DNA from: the human T2T-CHM13v2.0 reference genome, Homo sapiens
Direction: 5' to 3' (one strand)
Length of the DNA stretch: 64,000 nt
Assembly (NCBI RefSeq): GCF_009914755.1
Contig: NC_060926.1
The position numbers and the translations under genes were made by a program. How positions within the stretch are numbered: the first letter of the stretch is position 1; the number at the start of each line of letters is the position of its first letter. Under the pieces are notes generated by a model. It saw nothing but the letters and a program-made list of their open reading frames with translations, ran no database searches and was not told the DNA's origin. This document shows, in pieces, positions 43,566 to 57,633 of this stretch.

Positions 43566-43899
43566 ATCAGTGACTTTACTGGAATTACAGAGACCAGTTT
43601 GCTACAGGTTAGGTAGTAATGGAAAAAGAGAATGTCCAAACACCTGTAGCTTGCTCCTACCAGAACTTCTTAAGGGAGATAGAGGGAGTCTGACTTAAAA
43701 TTGAATTTTTTTTTTCTTTTTTGGTTGGTAGAGATGTGAATATATATTTATCCTGAGGGAAAATGACCAGTGGATAGATCAGATGTGAGAGAGAATGGGC
43801 ATGTATGATTGACCTAATGTCTCTAAAGAAAGTAATAGGGGAGACACTCTAAAGCACTGGGGGAAGGCTTGGTGTTTAACTCAAGAGGCACCTGTTTTA

Positions 43900-44050
<151 letters not shown>

Positions 44051-45517
44051 ATTTTAAAAGGAAAAGGTGGTAAGGATGCTAATTTGGGGAGGAATATTTC
44101 TACCTGAAGTCTGCTATTTTCTCTTTGAAAGAGGAAGTGAGGACACATTCTGAGAAGTATGAGGTGGAGGTGGTGGAATTGAAAGCTGGAAGAGAGTTGT
44201 GAGGATTTGGAATAGTTATTGAGGCAATGGGAGTTGGAGTTCACTTGGAAAATGTAGAGAGACCAAGATGGGTTTGATGACCATGGGTTTTTGTGGTGGT
44301 TTCTGTTGTGTGTATGTATTCTCATTCCTTCCCTGTGTCTCTCTCTGCAGTACCCAGCAGCCATTGTGTAGAAACAGAAAAGCTGGGCAGTCAAAATGTT
44401 CTGGTATTGGTGGAGGCAGGACTTGACAAAGGAGAGTGGTTTGGGAAGACCCAGGGGCCAAAAGTTGAAAGTATTGCAGTGAGAGTGGTTGAAGTTATGT
44501 ATCTTGGGGGTTTAGGCTGGAGAGGGAACACCTTGAAGCCAAGACAAGGTTGATAGGTGGGGAGAAAGTGGAAGAACATTAACACCAAAAGTTTCCATGA
44601 AGCTAAAGGGTGAAGTGTGATGGGGAATAGGAGTGAAAGAGACAAAGGATAAGGGCTTGGGGTTATGGGCCAAGATAATGAGTTTTAAGATTTCAGATGA
44701 GTAATTGTTGTGGGTAATAAAGCGAGTGGTTATAGAGGTGGATTATTCAATTGGGTAGTGGCTATCTCTTCACTCCTTAAGGAGGAGAGCAGCTAGGATG
44801 TTCACGTGGATTGGAATTTGCCCAGGCTAATGGTGGCTGAAAAGGTAAATTAGATAGTAAGATCAAAACTTATATGTAATTTGGAGAGTGACTGAGAAGT
44901 TGATTGATGATAATGATGAATAATTAGGTTAGTTGTTAGATCCTAGTTATAAGTAAAGGAGGAAGGTTTTGCAGGAGACTTTTGGAGTAATCATATGTGT
45001 GCTGCAATAGAAAGAAGACAGGACAATGCTGTTATCTCCCTGTTTTCTGTTGAGAGGTATAAGAGAAAGAATAGTTGCCGTTTTGACTCAGCTGGAATGG
45101 AAGTGGTGTCGTGTGGAAAAGTTGGTTTCAATTAGAGGCAAAAGGTAGACTGAGGTTCTGTAAAGGATCTAGAGAAGTTTATTTGAAAATAAGAAGCATT
45201 GCAAATGGCAGTAGTGAAAAAGGTTGGAAAAGAGGGTAACCTTTTGGGAGAGTGAGCGGGTAAGCAAGAGAAGGAACCGAAGCGTCACAGAAATCCGAGG
45301 CCATAAGTTACTAGTCAGATGGTAAATGTATCAGGGAAGTGAAAGTCATCTGTGGGTTATTGTGGAATCATGGAAAGAGACCATTTGCTTTAAAGGATAA
45401 GTATATGGGGTATCATTTATGCCAGTCTTAAAAAACAATTTTGACATTGGATCATTCCTTAATGAGATGAACAGTGGCCGGGTAAATAAGGTTGCTGAGA
45501 TTTAGAATAGAAATACC

Positions 45518-45960
<443 letters not shown>

Positions 45961-46699
45961 TTAATTTGAGGTTGTTAGGTATTGTGGTTGTCAGGCATAT
46001 TTAATTCAACAAATGCTGATTTCTTATTTGCTGGTCATTGAGATCAAAAGCTCTCTTTTTGGCTTGAACTCCCTTTCTCCAGTTGAAAAGATGGTTTCAG
46101 AAATTCTGGCACTAATTCAGACTTACAGACTTTCTTTGTAGAGACAGTAATCCTCAAGTTCAGCAGTTTGACTCTAAATATCATAACAATTCTAAATTCA
46201 TATCTAGAGGAATGTTTTATATCTTTTTTGGCATTTTTAAAGAGTTTTTGCAGACACTCATAGTCTTGGCATGCCTTCTATTGAATCTTTGGTGGGAGAA
46301 AGAATGTAAAGCAAAGGACTGAAATTTCCAGCGCTTTGCAGGGGACAGTAGGGGAAATGAGGCAGGAAATGAGGGCCCACTTAGAATGCAGTTTATTCCA
46401 AGTCTTTTCCACTTCCCCTGTTCTCCATGGGCTGCCTGCTGTATTCTCCTAAGGATGACCCTAAGAAATTAAGTGAATTGCATCCTCTAATTGTTGTCTA
46501 TAGCAGTAATATGACAGAAGTATAGTACTTTTAAGTTCTTTTAAGTGAAGGATACCTGTATTCTAATTTCCATCAATCAAGTCGAATTTCTGAAGATTTT
46601 GTCAACTGTGCTAATTTTCAAAATGTTTTTGTTGGCTACATGCTAGCTGGAAATTAACTCTGAAAGCATTACCATCAAAATCTAGCTATTAAGTAAATA

Positions 46700-46875
46700 T
46701 ATAAAACTAATTTATCAGGCATCACTCTGTATCAGAATCTGTTTGATGTACTTTATGTGTATTGGCTCATTTAATCCTCATAGTAAGCTGTGAAGGAGTT
46801 AGCATTATTATCCCCATTTTACAGAGGTGGAAACTAAGGGATGAGTTAATTAACTTGCCCAAGAGCGCACAGCTA
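46700..46875 (-). mobile_element. MIR
   Basis: CTCATTTAATCCTCA...ATTATTATCCCCATTTTACAGAGGTGGAAACT...TAACTTGCCCAAG. Confidence 0.8.
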
Positions 46876-47800
46876 GGCTTAATGTATGCAGATTTTTAGC
46901 TTGATTTAGGAAGTTGAACATAAGTCTAATAGAACTTTAAAAAGTTAAAAGTATAACGCTTTCTGTGATGAAGCAGTCCCACTTCTGAGTATATATCCAA
47001 AGGAATTGAAACCATTATATTGAAGAGATGCCTGCACTCTCATGTTCATTGGAGCATTTTTCACAATAGCAAGGATATGGAAACCATGGAAGTGCCCATC
47101 AGTAGATGAACAGATAAGAAAAACGTACTCAGCCTTGGAAAGGGGGAAAGCCTGTCATTTGCACAACATGGATGAACCTAGAAGACATTCTGCTAAGTGA
47201 AATAAGCCAGGCACACAGAGACACATACCCAGATAACACATGATTTCACTTATATGTGGAAACTGAAAAAAAGTCAAACTCAGAAAATAGGCCGGGCATG
47301 GTGGCTCAGGCCTGTAATCCCAGCACTTTAGGAGGCTGAGGTAGGCAGATCACTTGAGGCCAGGAGTTCAAGACCAGCCTGGCCAACATGGTGAAACCCC
47401 ATCTCTACTAAAAATACAAAAAATTAGCCGGGTGTGGTGCTGCGCACCTGTAATCCCAGCTCCTCAGGAGGCTGAGGCAGGAGACTCGCTTGAACTCGGG
47501 GGGCAGAGGTTGCAGTGAGCTGAGATTGCACCACTGCACTCCAGCCTGGGTGACAGAGTGAGACTCTGTCTCAAAAAAAAAAAAAAGAAGTAGAAAGTAG
47601 AATGACAGTTGCCGGGGGCTTGGAGGGGTGTAGACAGGGAAAGGAGAGGCGTTGGTCAAATAGTACAAAGTTTCATTTGGACAAGAGAAATAGATCCTGG
47701 TGATCTATTGCACAGTATGATGTCTGTAGTTAGTAATAAGGTATTGTAGGCCAGGTGCAGTGGCTCACACCTATAATCTCAGTGCTTTGGGAGGCCAAGG

Positions 47801-47928
47801 TAGAAGGATTGCTTGTGGCCAGTAGTTCGAGACTAGCCTGGTGTATTAGTCAGTGTTCTCTAGATAGAAGGATTGCTTGTGGCCAGTAGTTCGAGACTAG
47901 CCTGGTGTATTAGTCAGTGTTCTCTAGA
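47801..47928. repeat. Perfect 64-bp tandem duplication spanning the Alu/LTR junction
   Basis: 47801-47864 is identical to 47865-47928. Confidence 0.95.
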
Positions 47929-48323
47929 GGGACAGAAGTAACAGGATACATGTATATATAAAAGGGAGTTTATTAAGGAATATTGACTCACATGATCACA
48001 AAGTGAGGTTTCACAGTAGGCCATCTCCACACTGAGGAGCAAGGAAGCCAGTCTGAGTCCCAAAGCTGAAGAACTTGGAGTCTGATGTTTGAGGGCAGGA
48101 ACCATCCAGCACAGGAGAAAGATGGAGGCCAGAAGACTACATCAGTCTAGTCTTTCCATGTTCTTTTGTCTGCTTTTATTCTGGCTGTGCTGGCAGCTGA
48201 TTAGATTGTGCCCACCCCGATTGAGGGTAGGTCTGCCTTTCCCAATCCATTGACTCAAATGTTAATCTCCTTTGGCAACACCCTTCAATCCAATCAAGTT
48301 GACACTCAGCATTAACCATCACA
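47906..48323 (-). mobile_element. MLT2A (HERV-L/ERVL) solo LTR inserted in AluJ
   Basis: TGTATTAGTCAGTGTTCTCTAGAGGGACAGAA...CAAGTTGACACTCAGCATTAACCATCACA with TG..CA termini; 5-bp TSD CCTGG (47901-47905, 48324-48328). Confidence 0.9.
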
Positions 48324-49411
48324 CCTGGGCAACGTAGCAAGACCCCATCTCTACAAAAAATAAAAAAATTAGCCTGGTGGGGTGGTGTATGCCTGTAGTC
48401 CTAGTTGCTTAGGAGGCTAAGACCTGAGGATTCCTTGAGCCCAGAAGTTTGAGGCTGCATTGAGCCATGATTGTACCAGTGTACTCCAGCCTGGGTGACA
48501 AGAGTGGGACCCTAACTCTAATAATAATAATAAGAAGAATATATTACATATTTCAAAATAGAATAGAATAGTGGATTTTAAATGTTCTCACCATAAAGAA
48601 GTAAGTATTTGAGGTTTGGTGGATATGTTAGTTGGCCTGATTTGGCCACTCTATAACGTATGCATATATTGAAACATCACATTGTGTCCCATAAGTACAT
48701 ATAATTATTATTTACCAGTTAAAAGAAAACTTAACCTAACATTTTCCATAAGTATATGAAGGTAAGTTTGGTTTTTTCCCCTCATGGTCCAGTAGACGTA
48801 GTTTATCTTTCCATCTGTGGTAGCCCTTTTTTGTTTATCAGAGGATCTGAAATAAAAACGTTTTGAATCCATGTTGAATACTCTATGATAGAGTTTTTCT
48901 GAACTTGAATAAATTTGGTTTGTCATTTTTAAGCAAAGTATATTGACATAGCTGTAATTAAACTTATTAATATAACAAAGTTCACATGAACTTTATATAG
49001 ATTTTATTTGTAGTACAGTGGACGGCATCATTACCTATGGAAGCAGTTATACAAGATGGCTAGTCTGGAATCACAGATTAATACTAACAGCCGTTTATAT
49101 ACTTATTTTTTCAGACTTTATAGCCACCCCTTTTTTTTTTTTTGTAGAAGTTCCCTCCCCCCACATATTTTGGTGTGAATTGCAGTTGCCTGAACATAAA
49201 GAGGGGAAAAAAAAAACAGAGAGGATTAATTGATAATATACTTCTATGCCACATGTATAGGCACAAAAAGGCCTGGACCTCAACAGTTTGATAGGGAAAG
49301 AGTCCCCTGTAACTATAGTAACTATAGTGGTAATAATAATGAAAATATAGTGCTTACTATAAGGTATAGTGCTAAGCACTCTGTATTTACTCCTTTATAC
49401 GATACTGTTAC

Positions 49412-49720
<309 letters not shown>

Positions 49721-49867
49721 TAAAAAAAATTAGAAGTTTTAGTTTTAGAACCATTAGATGACTTTCGACAAGCTATATAAGCAGTTAGTGGCAAAGACAG
49801 GTTTTGAACCCAGGTTGGTCTGATTTCAGTACCTACAGCTTAATCTCTTGTCTGCTGTGGTTTATGG

Positions 49868-50205
49868 CAGGGGCTGGCAAACTTTTTCTGGAAAGGGCCA
49901 GATAATAAATATTTTAGGCTTTGTGGGCCACACATCTCCAGTGGGACTATTCCTCTCTGCTGTTTTTGTAAAATAGCCATTGACAGTACCCAAAAGAATG
50001 TGCCGGGGCTATGTTCTAACAAAATTTTATTTATCAACACTGAATTTCATGTAATGTTTATGTGTCTCGAATAGCTGTTGTTCCTTGAATTTGTTTTTCA
50101 GCTATTTAAAAATGTAAAAAATCATTCTTAGTTCTCTTACCATACAACTAAGGGATGGTGATGGGATCAGATTTGGCTTGTGGGCGGTAGTGTGCCAACA
50201 ACTAC
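49868..50205. mobile_element. hAT-Charlie MITE (MER58B-like)
   Basis: CAGGGGCTGGCAAACTTTTTCTGGAAAGGGCCAGATAATAAATATTTTAGGCTTTGTGGGCC. Confidence 0.85.
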
Positions 50206-51705
50206 TGAATGGCTTGCTGTATTTGTTTTTTCTCCCTACTAGGATAAACAGAAATGGATGATTCTTCTAACAGTTTTTCAGAATAATGAGAAACTGTTAC
50301 AGCTAGAGTTAGACCTAGTTAACTAGTTAACCTAGTTAGGTAGGTAGAGTTACAAGCTAGTAATGAATCTGTGTAAATGTTCTTTGCCTCAGATATTCAT
50401 GAATGCTAAGATTATGGGGTCCCTTTAATATTACAGTTCTTCCTATTACTATACCATATGGTTTTAGAAATCATAAATATTCATCTCTTAATCATTTGCA
50501 ATACATTGCCATTTTGTTCTATAATCATCCAAAGAACTTTGATTCGAGGTCTTTTTGTATATTAGGTGTTGAGGTAATTTGATTCTTTTATTAAGAGAAA
50601 AATTTATTGGAAATAAAATGAAGGGTTCTCAACAAAGATGATTCATGCAGTCTTTACAAAGTTTGCCTCTTAGATTACAATTTGACATTTATAAACTTGA
50701 CCTTGTAGAATTTTAGTATAAGTTGGCTTATGTGCAACAAAAAACACTTCCAGATGTGATCACTGATACAATTCTGAATTAAAATGCTTAATGAAAACTT
50801 CTAGTGTTGACAGATCAACACTAATCAAATAATCTGTCCTTACACATAGTGAAGTTTATCAGCAAAAGTTGACATTTTTATATTTGGTAGGGAAAAGAGA
50901 TATACTCTAAAAGTAAACTAATTTCAGCTTGCCCAATAATAATAATAATAGGTGTAGATGGTGTTGAATTAAATGCCCCTGCCCTCAGTCAGCTTCCCTG
51001 GCTTACCTAACTCACAGTAAGCACTCAATAAATGTTTGCTCTTAGAAGCTGTGTGGTGTGGCCTGAATCAGTAGGCACTTAAATGAAGGAAGTGGAAGAT
51101 CTGTTAGTGCAAAAAGAAAGGGTTTTTGTTGTTGTTGTTGTTTGTTTAAGGAAGTATCAACTTAGAATTTAGACAGAAATGGATAAATTGTTTGTTACAG
51201 TAATACTATGTCAGAATTATTTAGTGGTTGGCTATAGCTTATGGTATGAAATCCTATTTTCTTTGGGTTAGAATTCCCTAATTTGGCCCCAGCCTTCCTT
51301 TCTAGTCTTATTTTTACTCTCCTGTGTTAACAGACTATGTAGTCAGTTTCCATTACTCAGTCATTTATCCACAAATATTCTGCCACTTTGGAATTTTCTT
51401 CTTTCTCTCCTCTACCTAGCCTGTTTCTGCTTAGATTTCAAGACCCAATTTTTTTTCTTTCCCTAGGACCACTCTTGCTAATCATGATCATTTTTGCCTC
51501 TGAATTTCTAGCACTTACTGCATTTATCACTCATTTGACAATTACTCTTGTTCTGCTTTGTGACATTTCTTATAAAAGTAAGTAAACGTTTGTACGACAT
51601 TTTTAAATCTGTAGACCTTATTCAAGTTTCACAAATTTGTTCCATATAGCATTCCCCCCCTCTGGTCCAATCCAGAATCAGGCATTACATTTAGTTTTTA
51701 ATTTT

Positions 51706-52004
51706 AATTAATATATTTTTTAGAGACAGGGTCTCACTCTGTCACCTAGGATGGAGTGCAGTGGCATAATTGTAGCTTAGTATAGCCTCACATTCCTGGG
51801 CTCAAGTGATCCTCCCACCTCAGCCTCCTAAGTAGCTGGGCCTATAAGTGTACTCCACTGTATCCAGCTGAATTTTGAATTTCTGGGGGAGAAATGGGAT
51901 TTCACTGTCTTGCCCAGGCAGGTCCCAAACTCCTGGCCTCAAGAGTCCTCCTGCCATGACCTCCCAAAGTGTTGGGATTATAGACGTGGGCACTGCACCC
52001 AGCC
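51706..52004 (-). mobile_element. AluJ inside an old L1 fragment
   Basis: Dimeric Alu; TSD CATTTAGTTTTTA. Confidence 0.88.
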
Positions 52005-53916
52005 TGCATTTAGTTTTTATGCCTAGTTTTATGTCTAGTCGTCTTGCCTACTTTAATCTGGAACTGAACTGTTCGTGAGCCTTTTTTGTTCCTTTTATGA
52101 CATAGACAGTTTTGAAGATTACTAGCCATTTATTTTGTAGGCTGTCTCTCAATTTAGTTTTGTCTGATATTTCTTCATGATCAGATTTAGGATATGCATT
52201 TTTGGCACGTATAATACATAAGTGATGTGTTCTCAGTGCATCATGTATATTATTTTTGGTAAATAGTAAAATTTAAATCATCACAGTGAATTACAATAAT
52301 TGCTGGTTGGTTTGAATAACACAGTAATCAAGACAGTCCTGGATTCAAATTCTGACCTTACCATTTGTTGATCATGTAATCTTGGGTGTTACCTCTCTTT
52401 AGCTAATTTCTACATCTGTAATTGTAGATAATTTAAATACCTTTTGGTTGGTCAAAAATAGTTGCATATTGGCAGTTTTATAGGGATCTATTTAATATTT
52501 ATAGATTTGTGAGATGAAATGAGACAATGCAGCTGTCACTGAATATGTGTTCAGTACACTGTAGTAATAGATTACTTTTCAATATAGTTCTGTAGAAATA
52601 TGTCAGCGTGATTATTGGTTACATTCTAAAAGTTATTTTTAAGTTGGATGTATAACACCTCCTCTATTTGATATTATCAGTTATCATTTGTAGTTTTATA
52701 AAAGTAATTTTTAAATACAACCAAAACTTTTATAAATGTATATCTTTTACTAAAATATATCTATGTATACACATACAACCTCCAAATATATATTAATATA
52801 ATACCAGATATAACTAGTTTTCACATAAGTAATTTAAAGAATGTAACTAGTACCTTAAGGGTGATTGGAGTGTCTTAGGGTTGTTTGCCTCTGCACTGTA
52901 TGACCTAGGACCTTATACCTTTTCACTTATTGGTATCTTTTTAAAAATATGATTTTCTCATTGATGGATGAGTTGTCAGTTTCTTGCTTACGTTAGCAGC
53001 TCTACCTGAACCACTTTTTAATTTGTTGCTTTTTATTTGCTGTGAATTGGAAAGCCAGATTTTTTTGGTTCCTACCCAGTTCTAATAAATTTAGTTAACA
53101 GGCAACTTATGAGGGCCAGAGGAGCTTTCCTGAACGTAAGTGGTCTTTATACTTATGGTTTTAGTTTGGATTGTTTTGGGGTCTTTTTCTGCTTACTTTC
53201 TGGTCTTCACTCAGTTCTGATTGGTTGAAGTTGAAAAATAAGTGACTTGTCTCTGAGTTTGGCATAATATAAAATGCAAATTTATAATATTAAATGCGAA
53301 TTCACCTTTGCTTCACTGATGAATAATTGATTTCCTAATTGTTCTGTGTTTTAGACAATCATATTTGAGCTATAGTTACATTATCTTATTTATAGGAAGT
53401 TTTTCCTTAAATGTTGCAGTGAAGATTGGTAATTGAGAGTCCTGAAAATGGCAGTATTTGGATATGAGTATGCTACAGTATTGACACTTTCTGAAAGTCG
53501 GACATCAGTATGCGAGAGCGTACTTCGTGATAGCAGCTCACACTTTCAATTTCACCTCTTCTTTGGTGGACAGGTACAAATTACATTTGTTTACTACCTT
53601 TTCAACTCATGTTTCTGCATTTATTCGTTTATTCTTCCTGGCCACTCTGGGAGGGAGGTCTTATGTCTTCTGAATAAAGGACAGTGGCCATAAGGTGAGT
53701 AAATGCAGAGTGAGTATTCAGATTTTGAGATAAATTTTCATTCTCAAACCTACTTTGAATCTGAGTAATTTTGCCTTACATCATTTAGAACCAGATTTTT
53801 TTAAAGTTCTGATTTTGTATATATAATCAAAGAACTAAAATTTATATTAAAAAATTTTTATTTTATGTTAAATGTTTTCTTTACAATAGATTTATTTTAG
53901 AAACCTACTCCTTTAA

Positions 53917-54223
53917 TTTTTTTTCTTTTCTTTTCTTTTTTTTTTTTGAGACAGAATCTCTGTCGCCCAGGCTGGAGTGCAGTGGTGCAATCTCGGCTCA
54001 TTGCAACCTCCGCCCTCTGAGTTCAAGCTATTCTCCTGCCTCAGCCTCCAAGTAGCTGAGATTACAGGCACCTGCCACCGCACCCGGCTAATTTTTTATG
54101 TTTTTAGTAGAGACGGGGTTTCACCATCTTGGCCAGGCTGGTCTTGAACTCCTGACCTCATGATCCACCCTCCTTGGCCTCCCAAAGTGCTGGGATTACA
54201 GGCATGAGCCACTGCACCTGGCC
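53917..54223 (-). mobile_element. AluS
   Basis: Dimeric Alu; TSD GAA(A/G)CCTACTCCTTT. Confidence 0.92.
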
Positions 54224-55139
54224 TGGAAGCCTACTCCTTTTATTTATTTTTTTACTTTTTTGAGACAGGGTCTCGTTCTGTCTGGCTTTTTTTTTTTTTC
54301 AGACACAGAAAGCCACATAGAACAAATTTAAAGCTTGGTAAATTATTATGAAATGGACATCCTTGTAACCACAGTCTAGAACAAGAAATAGAAGTTAGTC
54401 ACTTCAGAAGTCCCTATAGGTACCCATCCCATTTACAGTCTCTTTCCTCCCAAATTGTCTACTCCTAGCTTTTGTAGTAATCACTTCCTATTTCCTTATG
54501 GTTTTATCCCCTAAGAGTCCATCGCTAGACACTAGAGTTTAGTCTTCCCTTTTTAAAATAAAGTATTTAAACTGCATCTTTATAATCTAATTGTAAAGGA
54601 ATGAGAAATTACAGTGTATTAAAAAATCACTAATATGATACTAAAAGCAGTTATTTGGAAACTCAAGGCCCTATATAGCTAAAAACATGGTTTCAAAACA
54701 TGAAATAATTTTTAGACAATTATGTTAACTTTTCTGGTTTTTTTCCTTTTATACAAATACCACAAAGCAGAAGTGTACTTTAACTTTCTTTCAATACCCA
54801 TCTTTTTTCCAAGATAATATGTTGTATTTCTTTTTATGTCGGTTATCATTTGTGAAGGGCTTTTTCAGTTTCTAAAACAGATATTCATGATCTGATTTAA
54901 TCCTCACAGCAGTCTTGTAGGCATATTCTTCTTTCCATTTTATAGATGAGGAAATGATAATGTAACTAGTAGGTGGTGAAACTTTGATCGGACCTTTGAT
55001 TAAAAAGGATTTCCTCATAAATGTTTTTCAAACTTTAGTTATCTGAGTACTGCCTTCATGATTTTCCCAGTCTCATAAAACTATTACTATTTTACTTAAT
55101 AATTTTATTTAAAATGACTTTTAAAAAACTGATAAGATT

Positions 55140-56330
<1,191 letters not shown>

Positions 56331-57315
56331 TAATTTAGTTTTTAGAGATTTATTTTAAGATTAATTTTATACCACTCAGTAGATAGAAAATCAGTTTATG
56401 GAAAATACTTGTGTTTACCTTAAAAATTGGTTATGTTTAAATATTAGCAAAATGTTAGAGAGGTATTAGGAACTGAGACTTTCTTCTCAAAGTAATCAGA
56501 AGGTCCATGTAATCTTCTGTCTCTTACACACTTCACTGGAGCATCCTGTCTCCTTTGCAACTATAACTCTTTTTAGTATTTGCTTTAACATTGATTGAAA
56601 TACCTATAATGTGCTTGGTGTACCTACCACAGTAGATAGTGTGGAACATATAAAAGTATGAAATATGGTCTCCCATCATGAAGGGGCATACAGTTGGACT
56701 TTGTTAAGTCTGTAAGCATGGCTGAAAAAAAATCACATACTCCTGTGTGTTGTACAAAATGGTATGGGTGTGAGGCTTATATGAGTTTAGGAAAGGAAGG
56801 GTTCTGTGTTGAATAGAATAAAAGGAAGAACTTCTTAGAGGTTAAACCCATCGTAGATCCTGAAGGTAGGTTATTGGGTAGGGGGGCGAGGTCATTTCTG
56901 ATCAGAGACTGATTGAACATTATCTACAGAACAATGAATGAGGAAATTGGCTTGGGTGGAATCTTGTGTTGCTATAAACTGGAGTAGTCGGAAATTGTCT
57001 GAACCTGTGGATTAGTCCCCTCTGTAGTTAACAAGTGTGATATGCCTAAAGTGGTCATTTCTAATTATGAAAGGACTTGGATGTTTTAAACCTGCAGATA
57101 AAATGTCGTTAGAGAGGTTGAAAACTTTATCCTTCCCGGAAGGTTTCATACTTTCTTATTGAAACAGTGACATTTAAGTTGGGTAACTTTGTTCCTGTTA
57201 CTGCATCGTGTGTTGCCAATGTTTTAAGTAGGGTAAAATTTACCCCTTGTCTTGGTGGGTAATGTAAACTTAGCCTGGCAGCAAACGTAGTATTTTCTTC
57301 CCAGACACAAAATAA

Positions 57316-57633
<318 letters not shown>

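Larger units (their letters stand above)
46965..48730 (+). mobile_element. L1MA/MB-like 3' end hosting AluS (47290-47586) and AluJ (47749-~48535)
   Basis: CCCACTTCTGAGTATATATCCAAAGGAATTGAAA...CATGGATGAACCT...AAATGTTCTCACCA...AAACATCACATTGT motifs. Confidence 0.85.

Noticed and set aside
44060-45450. Long purine/G-rich stretch with several short ORFs
   Set aside because: Looks like a highly decayed L2-type relic; no coherent coding signal, and I could not fix boundaries.
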